Below, one piece after another: positions 1-10,538 of a stretch of DNA of 64,000 nt. The notes beneath the pieces were generated by a model. It had not been told where the DNA came from and made no database searches. It saw nothing but the letters and a program-made list of their open reading frames with translations. The stretch covers positions 6,145-70,144 of the forward strand of contig JBLIEU010000004.1 in NCBI GenBank assembly GCA_047633195.1. Reading direction: 5' to 3'. The position numbers were made by a program, and so were the translations under genes. The DNA is from Cryomorphaceae bacterium. GTDB lineage: Bacteria; Bacteroidota; Bacteroidia; Flavobacteriales_D; Cryomorphaceae. How positions within the stretch are numbered: the first letter of the stretch is position 1; each line of letters begins with the position of its first letter.

Positions 1-916
1 CGATGTCTATATCATCCTCCAATCTTAAGGTGACGCTCATAGGAGCGAAAGCCTCATCAATTTCACCGTTGAATGTATCTATCGAAGCTATTTTTGATGT
101 AAACCCTGAAGGAAGAACGACCACGTCGTCTCCTTTTTTGAAGACTCCACCAGCTACGCGACCTGCATATCCTCTGTAATCGTGATGTTCAGCGGACTGA
201 GGGCGCACCACATACTGCACTGGAAAACGACAGTCAACGAGGTTTTGATCACTCGAAATATGGATGTTTTCCAAAGTGTACATCAGAGTGCTTCCTTCGT
301 ACCAATCCATGTTAGTGGACTTGTGTACGACGTTATCACCCTTTAGCGCGCTAATTGGTATAAAGCGGATATCGTTCACTTCTAATTTTGAACTGAACGC
401 TTCGAGCTCTTCCTTGATTTCTTCAAATCGCTCTTCCTTGTAGTCTACTAAGTCCATTTTGTTCACACAGTAAACTATGTGAGGGATCTTTAGCAGTGAA
501 GCGATGAAAGAGTGACGAGCAGTCTGCTCTACCAATCCGTGGCGAGCATCTACTAGAATAATTGCAAGGTTTGCCGTCGAAGCACCCGTAACCATATTAC
601 GTGTGTACTGGATGTGACCAGGAGTATCGGCAATAATGAATTTTCTCTTTGGCGTTGCAAAGTATCTGTAGGCAACGTCAATGGTGATTCCTTGTTCTCT
701 TTCAGATCGAAGGCCATCGGTCAACAAGGCTAAATTTACTTCGCCGTCAACACCACTTTTTTTGGAAGCTTGCTCTATTGCTTCCATTTGGTCTGCGAAA
801 ATACTCTTCGAATCGTAGAGCATTCTGCCGATCAAAGTTGATTTCCCATCATCTACACTTCCCGCTGTGGTGAAGCGCAGTAGATCCATATCTAAATATC
901 CGTGTTCTTTAGTCAT
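1..916 (-). CDS. cysN: Sulfate adenylyltransferase subunit 1 (GTPase), runs off the window start
   Basis: Not in the ORF track. Translation from ATG at 916 gives [31 protein letters not shown]..., later [12 protein letters not shown] and [19 protein letters not shown]. Lies directly downstream of cysD. Confidence 0.95.
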   Translation of the reverse strand, partial: MTKEHGYLDMDLLRFTTAGSVDDGKSTLIGRMLYDSKSIFADQMEAIEQASKKSGVDGEVNLALLTDGLRSEREQGITIDVAYRYFATPKRKFIIADTPGHIQYTRNMVTGASTANLAIILVDARHGLVEQTARHSFIASLLKIPHIVYCVNKMDLVDYKEERFEEIKEELEAFSSKLEVNDIRFIPISALKGDNVVHKSTNMDWYEGSTLMYTLENIHISSDQNLVDCRFPVQYVVRPQSAEHHDYRGYAGRVAGGVFKKGDDVVVLPSGFTSKIASIDTFNGEIDEAFAPMSVTLRLEDDIDI

Positions 917-928
917 TGCTGAGGTAGG

Positions 929-1834
929 TTAAAAGTATCCTTGTTTCTTACGGTCTTCCATGGCAGCTTCGCTTCGTTTGTCATCAGAGCGAGCGCCACG
1001 TTCAGTTACGCGTGTTGAAGAAACTTCTTCAATAATTTTTTCGAGGTCATCGGCATTAGATTCCACAGCTCCTGTGCAAGTCATATCGCCGATAGTACGG
1101 AAACGAACCGTTCTCATTTCTGGAACTTCACCTTCTCTTCTTTCGATGAATTCGGTGTCGGCTAAAAGCACTCCGTCACGTTCGAAAACCATTCTTTCGT
1201 GGCTCATGTATATGTGCGGAATATCAATCTCTTCCAACAAAATATACTGCCAAACATCCATCTCCGTCCAGTTTGATATTGGGAACACTCTAAAGTGCTC
1301 TCCCATATTTTTCTTTCCGTTAAAGAGGTTCCACAATTCTGGTCGTTGGTTTTTGGGATCCCACTGTCCGAATTCATCCCGGTGACTAAAGAAGCGCTCT
1401 TTTGCACGAGCCTTTTCTTCGTCTCGACGTCCTCCACCCATGGCGGCATCGTATTTCCCTGCCTCCAATGATTCGAGAAGCGTCACCGTTTGCAAAGCGT
1501 TTCGGCTGGCATTGAATCCTTTTTCTTCGACTGATTTTCCTTCGTCAATGGATTGTTGAACCGAGCCCACTATTAGTTCAGCACCAGTTTTTTCCATTAA
1601 TTGATCTCGAAAAGCGATCGTTTCAGGGAAGTTATGACCCGTATCTACATGTAGCAGAGGGAATGGAACTTTGGCGGGAAAGAAAGCTTTCCGAGCCAAA
1701 TGAAACATTACAATAGAATCCTTTCCTCCCGAAAATAACATTACCGGGTTCTCAAATTGAGCGGCAACTTCCCTAAGGATGAAGATCGACTCTGATTCGA
1801 GTTCTTTTAAGTGTGTTAGACTGTAAGATTGCAT
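929..1834 (-). CDS. cysD: Sulfate adenylyltransferase subunit 2
   Basis: LFSGGKDS PP-loop, GGGRRDEEKARAKERFFS, WDPKNQRPELW and C-terminal MEDRKKQGYF. Confidence 0.97.
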   Translation of the reverse strand: MQSYSLTHLKELESESIFILREVAAQFENPVMLFSGGKDSIVMFHLARKAFFPAKVPFPLLHVDTGHNFPETIAFRDQLMEKTGAELIVGSVQQSIDEGKSVEEKGFNASRNALQTVTLLESLEAGKYDAAMGGGRRDEEKARAKERFFSHRDEFGQWDPKNQRPELWNLFNGKKNMGEHFRVFPISNWTEMDVWQYILLEEIDIPHIYMSHERMVFERDGVLLADTEFIERREGEVPEMRTVRFRTIGDMTCTGAVESNADDLEKIIEEVSSTRVTERGARSDDKRSEAAMEDRKKQGYF

Positions 1835-2442
1835 CAGTCGTATTTGATTTTGGTTGATATAAAATTTAAGAGTTCGTTAGCGGATTCCTCCACCGTTTTG
1901 TTTTCAGTAAATAAAGTTAATTCAGGTTTAACAGAAGCTTCGAAAGGTGAATCAATGCCTGTAAAGTTCTTGATTTCACCTTTACGGGCTTTTTTGTACA
2001 AACCTTTCACATCTCGCTCTTCGCAGATTTGAAGTGGAGTGTCTATAAAGACTTCATTGAAGCTTTTATCGCCGATTATCTCGCGGGCCATGGCACGTAT
2101 TTCTACGGTTGGGCTTACAAAACAGTTCAGGGTAATAATACCACATTCATTAAAAAGTTTATTCACCTCAGCAATACGTCGAATGTTCTCTGTTCGATCT
2201 TCTTCGGTGAAGCTCAGATTCTTGTTCAAGCCATGGCGCACATTATCTCCATCGAGAAGTTGTGTAAGGTGTCCTTGATCGTGAAGTTTTCTTTCCACGA
2301 TTTTGGCAATGGTCGTTTTCCCCGAACCAGAAAGACCAGTCATCCAAATGGACACGGCTTTTTGCTTAAGCAATTGTTCTTTTTCACCTTGTTGAACGAC
2401 TTCGTCGTAAAAGGTAAAAATGTTGTTTTCTCTTTCCTTCAT
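1834..2442 (-). CDS. cysC: Adenylyl-sulfate kinase
   Basis: WMTGLSGSGKTT, LLDGDNVRHGL, RDVKGLYKKARKGEIKNFTGIDSPFE. Confidence 0.97.
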   Translation of the reverse strand: MKERENNIFTFYDEVVQQGEKEQLLKQKAVSIWMTGLSGSGKTTIAKIVERKLHDQGHLTQLLDGDNVRHGLNKNLSFTEEDRTENIRRIAEVNKLFNECGIITLNCFVSPTVEIRAMAREIIGDKSFNEVFIDTPLQICEERDVKGLYKKARKGEIKNFTGIDSPFEASVKPELTLFTENKTVEESANELLNFISTKIKYD

Positions 2443-2455
2443 AATAAATAGAGCG

Positions 2456-2463
2456 CAAAAGTA
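2456..2463 (-). promoter_or_regulatory. Bacteroidota sigma-A -7 element for cysCDN
   Basis: Minus strand reads TACTTTTG(CGC), matching TAnnTTTG, just upstream of cysC. Confidence 0.6.
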
Positions 2464-2732
2464 AGAATACTTGTCTGCAAATGAAGAGAATGACGATTCT
2501 ATCGCGACAAGAGATTAAAAAGTATCAGATTGTGTAAACGGATCCATATCGATTAAGGTTACCAAACGTCCTCAGTAATTTATTCAAAGGCAGAAATGTA
2601 AGGAGCAACAAGGGAAAAGGCTTCTTATAAGCTCAGACAGAAGGATTCGATTAAATCTAAGACTCATTGAAGTCAAATCTGCTTTCTTTGTACCGATGTT
2701 TTATGCATCTAACGCCAAGCCTGTCACGACTT

Positions 2733-4106
2733 ATGAATCTTCAGTCCATTCGAAAAACGCTTTCTGGTAAGGGAGACAAAAACCTCGGAGAACTTATTAA
2801 GGGGGGGCTCTTTGCCTTTGGTTACCGCCTTATCACTATGTGCGTGAGCTATGGTTTAGTTATTCTCATTTCCAAAAAATTGGGAAAAGAAGGTATCGGA
2901 GTTTGGAATTTATGTATCGCCACTCTAAATATCTGGGTGATGATCGGGTGCTTCGGGTTCAATACTTCTATTGTTCGATTCGTCTCTCAGTACCGAGCAA
3001 AGAACTGGCACGCGACTGTTAGAACGCTTTACCGTGTCATCATACGATACTCAAGCTTAGGTGGGATAGTCCTAGGGTCAATCTTGTTTTTTTCAACGGA
3101 ATTTTTGGCCACCCATTATTTCAAAGATCCCGCTATGAACATTCCTTTGAAGATCACAGCTTTCATTGTGCCGCTGGTGGTTATTTCGACGATTAATGTG
3201 GAGTTCATCAGAGGAATGAAGAGAATTCAGGTCAGTGAGTTTTTCAGAACCTTAGTTTTGCAGGTCACCGCGCTCGTTGGAACTTTAGTGTTGTCTTACT
3301 ATTCTTTGGCGGCAGAAGATCCATTGATCGCCTATGCTTGTGGTGCATTTTTAGCACTGGCTGGAACTACGATCTTCATTCATAAGTATTTAAAAAAGGC
3401 AGCAGGTTCAACAGATAAACCTACTGAGACCGAACCTTTCTTCTCGTTCAAAAACCATTTAATGATCTCCTTACCCATGATCATGACCTCTTTTATTCAG
3501 CTCTTGAATGGAAGGGTGGATATATTGATGCTGGGTTATTTTGCCGATACGGGAGTCGCAGGTGTATTTGGGATGGCCTTCAAATTATCGATCATTACCA
3601 ACTTCGTAATTGGCGCCATGAAGGCTATTGCTATGCCAAAGATCAGCGAGTTATTTTGGTCAGACAAAAAGGACGAACTCAAAAAGGTCGTTCATTTTTC
3701 GACTCTGTTCATCTTTGCTTTTGCCTTTCCTATATCCCTTTTGTTAATGATCTTTCCGGAGTTTGTCCTCTCCCTGATTGATGAGGAGTTTATTGAAGGT
3801 GCGGGCGTATTGAGGATTTTTGCATTGATGCAATTGATCAATGCAGGCTCAGGAATGGTGGCGGTCTTTCTAAATATGTCGGGAAATCAGGTATTCTTTA
3901 CCAAAATTGTTTCGATTACCACTTCCATGAACATCATCCTCAACATTATTTTAATTCCAATCTACGGAATGGAAGGAGCGGCATTTGCTACTTTACTCAG
4001 TACGGTCACTTGGAATATCGTCGGGGTGAGATTTATTTATAAGAAGTATAAAATCTCAACTTTTTTCAATCCCCTCACCATAATTAAGATGTTGAGAAAG
4101 AGCTAG
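2733..4106 (+). CDS. Wzx-type polysaccharide flippase (MATE-like)
   Basis: Many TM helices, LNGRVDILMLG and NIILNIILIPIYGMEGAAFAT. Start placed at ATG 2733; the ORF is open from 2667. Confidence 0.85.
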   Translation: MNLQSIRKTLSGKGDKNLGELIKGGLFAFGYRLITMCVSYGLVILISKKLGKEGIGVWNLCIATLNIWVMIGCFGFNTSIVRFVSQYRAKNWHATVRTLYRVIIRYSSLGGIVLGSILFFSTEFLATHYFKDPAMNIPLKITAFIVPLVVISTINVEFIRGMKRIQVSEFFRTLVLQVTALVGTLVLSYYSLAAEDPLIAYACGAFLALAGTTIFIHKYLKKAAGSTDKPTETEPFFSFKNHLMISLPMIMTSFIQLLNGRVDILMLGYFADTGVAGVFGMAFKLSIITNFVIGAMKAIAMPKISELFWSDKKDELKKVVHFSTLFIFAFAFPISLLLMIFPEFVLSLIDEEFIEGAGVLRIFALMQLINAGSGMVAVFLNMSGNQVFFTKIVSITTSMNIILNIILIPIYGMEGAAFATLLSTVTWNIVGVRFIYKKYKISTFFNPLTIIKMLRKS

Positions 4107-5035
4107 CTTTTCAACCAGTGTCGTAAGTCTCGATCCATTGTTTCTTGAAGTCTTTCTATGTCCTGTCGGAAATATGCTGTGAGTTCTTGTCTGGTTTCAG
4201 GCATCATCGGTTCTTTTACCAGTAGCTTGCTCATGAGCTTATCGCGCTTATTTTTTAAATTGCTTTGCAAAGATAAGGGCAGTGCTTTACCGATTTTCTT
4301 TGCCAAAGGATTCTTTCTCAGAAGATTTACAATGCCTTTGTTTTTGGGAATCCCGCTCGGATTGGCTTTCATAGAAGTATCAAACTTCATCAACGGTACA
4401 TCCAGGAACTTCAGCATTTCGTCGGTGGTCTCGCTTCCTTTTTTGAGGTCTTCCAATAGCCAAACTTGGGTTTGTGGAATGGCACTTTTAAAAGCGGAAA
4501 CCTGAGCGGCATACTTTCCATAGGCTAGGTAGTCAAAGCCCCACCTTTTCTTTTTCCACTCGGCTATTCCTTTTTTAGAAATAGCCTCTTCAAAGCTGCG
4601 GTTTTCAAACCCATTACGAATCAAGTAGGTATAGTGAGAATAGGCTCGGTCCACAGGGTTGCGCAGAATGATTATGGATTTCAAGTCTTTGAGCCCATCG
4701 CCGTAGAAGCTCTTCAGCAGCCTTAAACTTTTCTCGTAGGTGTAGAGATACGAAGTAGACGCTTCGCCACAGAGTTGATTTTCAGAGGCGGTATCGAAGA
4801 GCTCCAAGTACTTTTTCGTTTCCCAAATGGGGATGGCATTGAATTGCTTATCGGAGTAAGTCGGCTGGTCTCCGCCGAAACTAAAGTAAAAAGGCTCCTT
4901 TCGCGAAGGCGGAAAAAATAAATCAGGATGCTGAGACAGCAATTGATAAAGGGTTGTCGTACCGCTTTTGGCCGCTCCAGGGATAATAAAATCCGGCAAC
5001 CTGTAGGATTGTTTTTCGTAGTCGTAAGTGAACAT
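4103..5035 (-). CDS. PAPS-dependent sulfotransferase (1 of 5)
   Basis: 5'-PSB motif PGAAKSGTTTL, KEPFYF, GEASTSYL and 3'-PB motif LRNPVDRAYSHY. Confidence 0.92.
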   Translation of the reverse strand: MFTYDYEKQSYRLPDFIIPGAAKSGTTTLYQLLSQHPDLFFPPSRKEPFYFSFGGDQPTYSDKQFNAIPIWETKKYLELFDTASENQLCGEASTSYLYTYEKSLRLLKSFYGDGLKDLKSIIILRNPVDRAYSHYTYLIRNGFENRSFEEAISKKGIAEWKKKRWGFDYLAYGKYAAQVSAFKSAIPQTQVWLLEDLKKGSETTDEMLKFLDVPLMKFDTSMKANPSGIPKNKGIVNLLRKNPLAKKIGKALPLSLQSNLKNKRDKLMSKLLVKEPMMPETRQELTAYFRQDIERLQETMDRDLRHWLKS

Positions 5036-5117
5036 CTGGGCAAAAGTGATAATAAAGTTGCTGGCTCAAAGAAAGTCTCGTTCAAATTTTCAACATTTGC
5101 ACCGCAACTTACTCCTT

Positions 5118-6065
5118 ATGCTAGTAAAACTTAATGGCCAACAAGTGAACCTTCCCGACATCCTGATCTTGGGTGCTGCCAAAAGTGGAACTACATCCTT
5201 GGCTTTTTTCTTAAAGCAACATCCGGATGTGCACATGCCGAGAAAAGAACCTGGGTTTTTTGCCTATCACGATCGAGAGGCCTCTGAGATTCCATCCGGA
5301 ATTAGAGACCGTCAAATTGTAGACTTGAAAGTGTATACTGACATGTACGCAGGAGTTGGTGAAGGCCAAAAAATTTGCGACAGTTCGGTTGCTCAATTTA
5401 CCAACCACAAAGACACCCTTCGCAATATCAAGGCCTTGTATGGAGAGCGAGCCAAGGAGTTAAAAACTTTCGTGATCCTTCGCAATCCCATTGATAGATC
5501 TTTCAGTCATTATTTGATGTTTGTTAAAAATCAACTGGAGAGTCTCGATTTTCAAGTAGCCTTGGCTCCCGATATCGTTGAGCGTCGAAGGAAAGAGCAA
5601 TTGGGCTTCGACTACATTGGTGGAAGCCTCTACGCCGAGAGGATTGAAGAAATTCTGGAGGAGTTGCCACAAACCAAGGTCTACATCACCAGCGACTTGA
5701 AAAGACCTGATCTCTTAGATGAGTTTTTAACCGCTTGCGGTCTTCGCACAGATGTAGATATCAACACCAACGCCAGATTAAATCCTAGCGGTATTCCAAA
5801 GAAGAAAGGCTTGATATCGGCGCTGAATCATCAGAACCCGTTAAAAACATTCATGAAGAAAGCACTGCCTGGTAAGGCGCTCTTTAAGCTCTATGCGCTT
5901 AAATCCAAACTAATGGAGAAAGGGATACAACGTGTTGATATGGATCCAAAGGTCCGCATGGAGCTGACCGAGAAATACTTCAAATCAGATATTCAAAAAC
6001 TCGAAAAGATATTGGATAGAGATTTGTCAAAGTGGTACACAACGCCTGAAACGGTCAAGGCCTAG
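5118..6065 (+). CDS. PAPS-dependent sulfotransferase (2 of 5)
   Basis: GAAKSGTTSL, KEPGFF, LRNPIDRSFSHY. Start moved to ATG 5118 to avoid overlapping the divergent gene. Confidence 0.9.
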   Translation: MLVKLNGQQVNLPDILILGAAKSGTTSLAFFLKQHPDVHMPRKEPGFFAYHDREASEIPSGIRDRQIVDLKVYTDMYAGVGEGQKICDSSVAQFTNHKDTLRNIKALYGERAKELKTFVILRNPIDRSFSHYLMFVKNQLESLDFQVALAPDIVERRRKEQLGFDYIGGSLYAERIEEILEELPQTKVYITSDLKRPDLLDEFLTACGLRTDVDINTNARLNPSGIPKKKGLISALNHQNPLKTFMKKALPGKALFKLYALKSKLMEKGIQRVDMDPKVRMELTEKYFKSDIQKLEKILDRDLSKWYTTPETVKA

Positions 6066-6967
6066 TCCTTCCAAATGGCCAAAGATTTTCCTAAAAGTCC
6101 TTCCAATGCTTCAATGTCCTTGGAGTAAAAGTTGATTAGTTCGCCGCGAGTCTCTGGATTCATCGGTGGGTACGAAGAGATGTTGATGTTCTTTACCTTC
6201 TTGCGCATCTTCGCTCTTTTCTCCTTGTTAAATGCCGCGCGAAAAAAGGGTCTCAGCGTTTTTTTCACCAGATTTTCTTGGGTAATGAGTTTTTGAAGGT
6301 TTTTAAACTTGGGTTCTCCTGACTTATTGTGCTCTTTGTTGGTATCAAACTGAACGTCGGGATTGACACCAAGAAATTCCAAGATGCTTTTCATCTCGGC
6401 TTCTTGGTTTTCCTTAAACTCCTCTGTTATTAGGATTTTCACATTCTTGAAAGCGGCCAAGTATGCCTTGACTTGCTCGTAATAGAGACCCATATCGCGG
6501 TGTATCCACATGAAGTCGTATTTCTGCTCCATCCGTTTCGCTTCCATCTTGATGGATTCTTCAAAGCTTAACTTCTCGTGCACATCTTTCACGAAATGCA
6601 TGTATGAAGAATAGGCTCTGTTTACCGGGTTTCGGAGAATTATCAAGATTTTGACATCTTCTCCAAACGTCTTCTTTATCAGCGGGATACTATCCTGGTG
6701 GTGATAGAGATATCCCGTTCCTATCTCCCCATATAGCTTAGTGCTGCCTTGAGGATAAATAGATTCAAATTCTGACTTGTTCAGAATGAGCTCCTCTTTT
6801 GGCCGTTGAGCAGGGTATCCAAGGTTAAAATCGGAGTAAACATTGCGGAGGAAATAAAACGTTTCTTTAACCGGAATTTCGATTTCGGGATGCTGTCGGA
6901 GATATTCAAAAATGGAAGTCGTTCCAGCCTTGGCTGTTCCTACAAATAGAAAGTGAGAATTGCTCAT
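6062..6967 (-). CDS. PAPS-dependent sulfotransferase (3 of 5)
   Basis: GTAKAGTTSI, KETFYF, LRNPVNRAYSSY. Confidence 0.92.
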   Translation of the reverse strand: MSNSHFLFVGTAKAGTTSIFEYLRQHPEIEIPVKETFYFLRNVYSDFNLGYPAQRPKEELILNKSEFESIYPQGSTKLYGEIGTGYLYHHQDSIPLIKKTFGEDVKILIILRNPVNRAYSSYMHFVKDVHEKLSFEESIKMEAKRMEQKYDFMWIHRDMGLYYEQVKAYLAAFKNVKILITEEFKENQEAEMKSILEFLGVNPDVQFDTNKEHNKSGEPKFKNLQKLITQENLVKKTLRPFFRAAFNKEKRAKMRKKVKNINISSYPPMNPETRGELINFYSKDIEALEGLLGKSLAIWKD

Positions 6968-7154
6968 TAATTCTTTTCGAAGTGTTTAATTTGCACTGTT
7001 GATTTTACTAATAAGTAGAAAATTGAAACATGGTTTGAAAAATCTCCACCAAAACCATGCACGCCGAAGCGAAAATAGGGTTATTTTGTCATCTTTGATT
7101 TGAAACCTAATGAGCTGATAATTCGTTCAAAGAATCTATTCTTCCCCTTAGAAA

Positions 7155-8531
7155 ATGCTTAAGAACCCTTATATTTCATTAGACAGGAACGGCAATCACC
7201 TTTCGGTGAAAAAAAGTTTTTTCACTATGCTCGGTCTGGTACTGCTGCTAGCGCTCACATTCAGGAGTTTTTGGGCGAGCGTGTTGTATCCCGTAGAGCT
7301 CGTCTTGGAGGCCATCTTGGAAGGAGCTATTTTTCTTTATGTCCTATACCGCTTAGTATGTAGGGTTATCGAAAAGAATTATCGTTTTAGTGGGATGGAA
7401 ATATACCTCGCCTTCCTATTTATTTTCCCCATTTTTCCAGCTCTTGCGGCATGGAGAGAATTTGATCAACCAATATTTTACGGAGTAGCGACCTATCGAG
7501 ATTTTTATCTTTTATTCGGAGGGTTGATTGTTTACAATCTTCTGAGAGAAGGCTATGTGAGCATCAAAACGGTGGAACATTCTTTTGTCACATTTGCAGT
7601 GATTTACATGCTCTTTTCCTATTTCCTCACCATTTTTATTGATCCAGCCCAATTTCAAGATACCGCCATATCAGGTGCAAACCCAGAGAAAGGCGGAGAT
7701 GTGTACTACCGCCTCAATATGTCATTGTTCTTCTTTGGATCGGTCTACTTTACTGTAAAATCGTTTTACCAGAAGAATTTGATTTATCTCGGCATAGCCG
7801 CTCTATTCATATTTTATGTCGTTTTTATTCGTCTCGATCGTACTTCTATTGCCGGACTTGGTTTAGGTTTGGGGATCTTTTTCTTAACGGCACTGCCCGC
7901 CAGAACCCAATTTCTCACAATCTTTCGCGCACTGATACCCGTGGTAACTGTCGCATTGATCATTGCCATTTTTAATGCAGAGGTCTATGAGCAGTATTAC
8001 AAAATGTTTCTCGATGTTTTTAACACGGCAGGAAAAGCAGGTTCGGGTTCTCTTGAGGACAACATTCGACTAATGGAAGTAGACATCGCCGTAAATGGAT
8101 TTCTGAAAAACCCCATTTTTGGAAATGGCAAGATTAGTACTTACTTCATTCCCGATGGATACAATCATTTTTATGGATTCTTCTATACATCTGATGTGGG
8201 AATCTTCGGGTACTTGTTTTCATCCGGACTACTGGGGCTGGGACTCATTTTTTTCCAATTCGTTTTGGCGATCAAATACATTTTCGGAATCAAGTACATC
8301 AAGAGAAATGTATTTCTAGTCACCCTAAAAATTACTTTGCTCGTTCACGCATTGGATGCTATTACTACTGAGTACCTCACCATTTATGCAGGGCAAACTT
8401 TGACTTTGATTCTATTGATTTTCTATTTTTACCAAAGAGATAAAGTGATCCAAGCTAGAGTCAACAGCGGAGAATCAATGGAAAACATTAATATTGAAGG
8501 CACCGTGAGAAAAGACCGAGTAACATCATGA
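7155..8531 (+). CDS. Wzy-like polysaccharide polymerase / O-antigen ligase family membrane protein
   Basis: About 11 TM segments and a loop with IRLMEV...NPIFGNG...SDVGIFG; sits in the polysaccharide locus. Confidence 0.7.
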   Translation: MLKNPYISLDRNGNHLSVKKSFFTMLGLVLLLALTFRSFWASVLYPVELVLEAILEGAIFLYVLYRLVCRVIEKNYRFSGMEIYLAFLFIFPIFPALAAWREFDQPIFYGVATYRDFYLLFGGLIVYNLLREGYVSIKTVEHSFVTFAVIYMLFSYFLTIFIDPAQFQDTAISGANPEKGGDVYYRLNMSLFFFGSVYFTVKSFYQKNLIYLGIAALFIFYVVFIRLDRTSIAGLGLGLGIFFLTALPARTQFLTIFRALIPVVTVALIIAIFNAEVYEQYYKMFLDVFNTAGKAGSGSLEDNIRLMEVDIAVNGFLKNPIFGNGKISTYFIPDGYNHFYGFFYTSDVGIFGYLFSSGLLGLGLIFFQFVLAIKYIFGIKYIKRNVFLVTLKITLLVHALDAITTEYLTIYAGQTLTLILLIFYFYQRDKVIQARVNSGESMENINIEGTVRKDRVTS

Positions 8532-9505
8532 CGACAAAAAAGCAATTGCCCAATTTCTTTGTCGTAGGTGTAGTCAAAGGTGGAACCACTAGTTTGTATC
8601 ATTATTTGGCTCAGCACCCTGATGTGTACCTTCCTCCCATCAAGGAGACCAATCATTTTGCGGCAAAGGATATTTCCGAAAAACACTTTTTGAAGGGCTA
8701 TGCCCAAGACGTCAATATCGACCTCGATAAATACATCAATGGTGGAATGAAGGAGACGGTTCACATTGCTCATGTAAATGAAGACCGTCACTACGAAGCA
8801 TTGTTTTCAAAAGCAGGAAACGAGAAAGCCATTGGTGAGATCAGTAATTCATACATGATTTGTCCCAGCTCAGCCAAAGCGATTCATGACTTCAATCAGG
8901 AGGCAAAGATTTTAGTCGTACTTAGGAATCCAGTTCGAAGAGCGTGGTCTCAGTTTTTGATGAATTTGCGCGAAGCAAAAAGCGACGCTAACAGCTTCAT
9001 TCAGGAGTTAGAGAATGACCATGGCCAATCGCCAAAGGGTTGGGGAGTAAACCATCAATACCTCGAGCTAGGAAATTATAGCGAGCAGCTCAAAAGATAT
9101 TTTGACCTTTTCGGAAGAGAGCGAGTACTCCCTATTTTCTTTGAAGACTACAAGAAGAATCCCGAGGAAATTTTGACTTCTGTTTGTCAGTTTTTGGAAA
9201 TTGACGGTTCGTTTGAATTTGATTTCTCTGAAAAGAGTAATGCTTCAGCACTGCCTCGAAACCCGGGGCTAAATCGCTTTCTAGTGAATTCGGGAATCTT
9301 GAGTACTGCAAAAAAATTGACGCCAAAACCTTTAAGGCAAAAATTGTCTGGAGCCCTTTATTCCGACAAGAATATGCCAACGCTTCAGGAAGCTGACTCG
9401 AAGTGGCTACGCGATTATTACCAAGACGAAGTTGGACAACTGTCGGAACTTATGGGAATAGATATCACAAAGAAATGGCCTGTATTCGGGCAATCAAATG
9501 GATAA
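8528..9505 (+). CDS. PAPS-dependent sulfotransferase (4 of 5)
   Basis: GVVKGGTTSL, KETNHF, GEISNSY, LRNPVRRAWSQF. Confidence 0.92.
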   Translation: MTTKKQLPNFFVVGVVKGGTTSLYHYLAQHPDVYLPPIKETNHFAAKDISEKHFLKGYAQDVNIDLDKYINGGMKETVHIAHVNEDRHYEALFSKAGNEKAIGEISNSYMICPSSAKAIHDFNQEAKILVVLRNPVRRAWSQFLMNLREAKSDANSFIQELENDHGQSPKGWGVNHQYLELGNYSEQLKRYFDLFGRERVLPIFFEDYKKNPEEILTSVCQFLEIDGSFEFDFSEKSNASALPRNPGLNRFLVNSGILSTAKKLTPKPLRQKLSGALYSDKNMPTLQEADSKWLRDYYQDEVGQLSELMGIDITKKWPVFGQSNG

Positions 9506-10538
9506 TAAGGCACCACATAGCGACGACCCTGTTGTATTTATTGTAGGAAATTCCCGCAGCGGAACCACTATGATGATGCGCATTATGAACAACCACAGTA
9601 TGGTGCACTCTATCAATGAGCCGCACTTTTTTGAGAAGATGTGGACGCCGAAAGATGACGGAATTCCAATCAATTCAAAAGTGGCATTCGATCTTTACGC
9701 CAAGTTATTCACTTGCCAGCGCGCTGGCTTTTTTGAGCCTGTTGAGAAGCACGTGGCAAGTTACAAGGCAGAGATTGACCAATTGGTTGCTCAACTTAGC
9801 GAAAGTCCTTCGCGACTAGCCGTGTACTCCTCTTTTCTGAAATACGAAACGGAGGTAAATGGCAAGGCCATTCCCTGTGAGAAGACTCCTCAAAATGTTT
9901 TTTACCTCAAGGAGATTTTAGATAAATTTCCAAAGGCAAGGATCATCAACATGGTTCGAGACCCACGAGCGGTTATGCTTTCGCAAAAGCGCAAATGGAA
10001 ACGAAGAGCCTTGGGTGCTGACTTTATGACAAAAAAGGAAACGCTCAGGCTGCAAATCAATTATCATCCACTGGCGGTTAGCAAGCTTTGGAACGCTGCC
10101 ATTTCAGCGGCTAAGCCATTTGCAAACGAACCCAGGTTTATGACCGTTCGGTTTGAAGACATTCTTCAAAAGCCTGATGGGACGGTAAAGTCGATTTGCG
10201 AATTTGCTGATTTTCCTTTTGAACCCGAGATGCTTCAGGTGCCTCACGCTGGATCATCGAGCGAGGCCGACAAGAAATCGGAGCTAGGTATTCGAAAGAC
10301 CAGAGCCAAAGGTTGGCTGGAAAAGGGATTGACCAAAACGGAAATCCAAATTTGTCAAAAGATTTGCGCCAAACTTATGGTCGAATATGACTATAAGCTG
10401 ATTGAGGTGAAGGTCAACCCGATTGAATTGGCATGGAAGTATCTCATTTTCCCATTCAAAATGATACTTGCACTGCTCATTAACTTGAATAGAATGAGGA
10501 GTATCGGGGATACGCTAAAAAGAAGACTGTTTCAATGA
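9498..10538 (+). CDS. Sulfotransferase, Sulfotransfer_3-like subfamily (5 of 5)
   Basis: VFIVGNSRSGTT, EKTPQN, INMVRDPRAV, VRFEDIL. Confidence 0.9.
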   Translation: MDNKAPHSDDPVVFIVGNSRSGTTMMMRIMNNHSMVHSINEPHFFEKMWTPKDDGIPINSKVAFDLYAKLFTCQRAGFFEPVEKHVASYKAEIDQLVAQLSESPSRLAVYSSFLKYETEVNGKAIPCEKTPQNVFYLKEILDKFPKARIINMVRDPRAVMLSQKRKWKRRALGADFMTKKETLRLQINYHPLAVSKLWNAAISAAKPFANEPRFMTVRFEDILQKPDGTVKSICEFADFPFEPEMLQVPHAGSSSEADKKSELGIRKTRAKGWLEKGLTKTEIQICQKICAKLMVEYDYKLIEVKVNPIELAWKYLIFPFKMILALLINLNRMRSIGDTLKRRLFQ

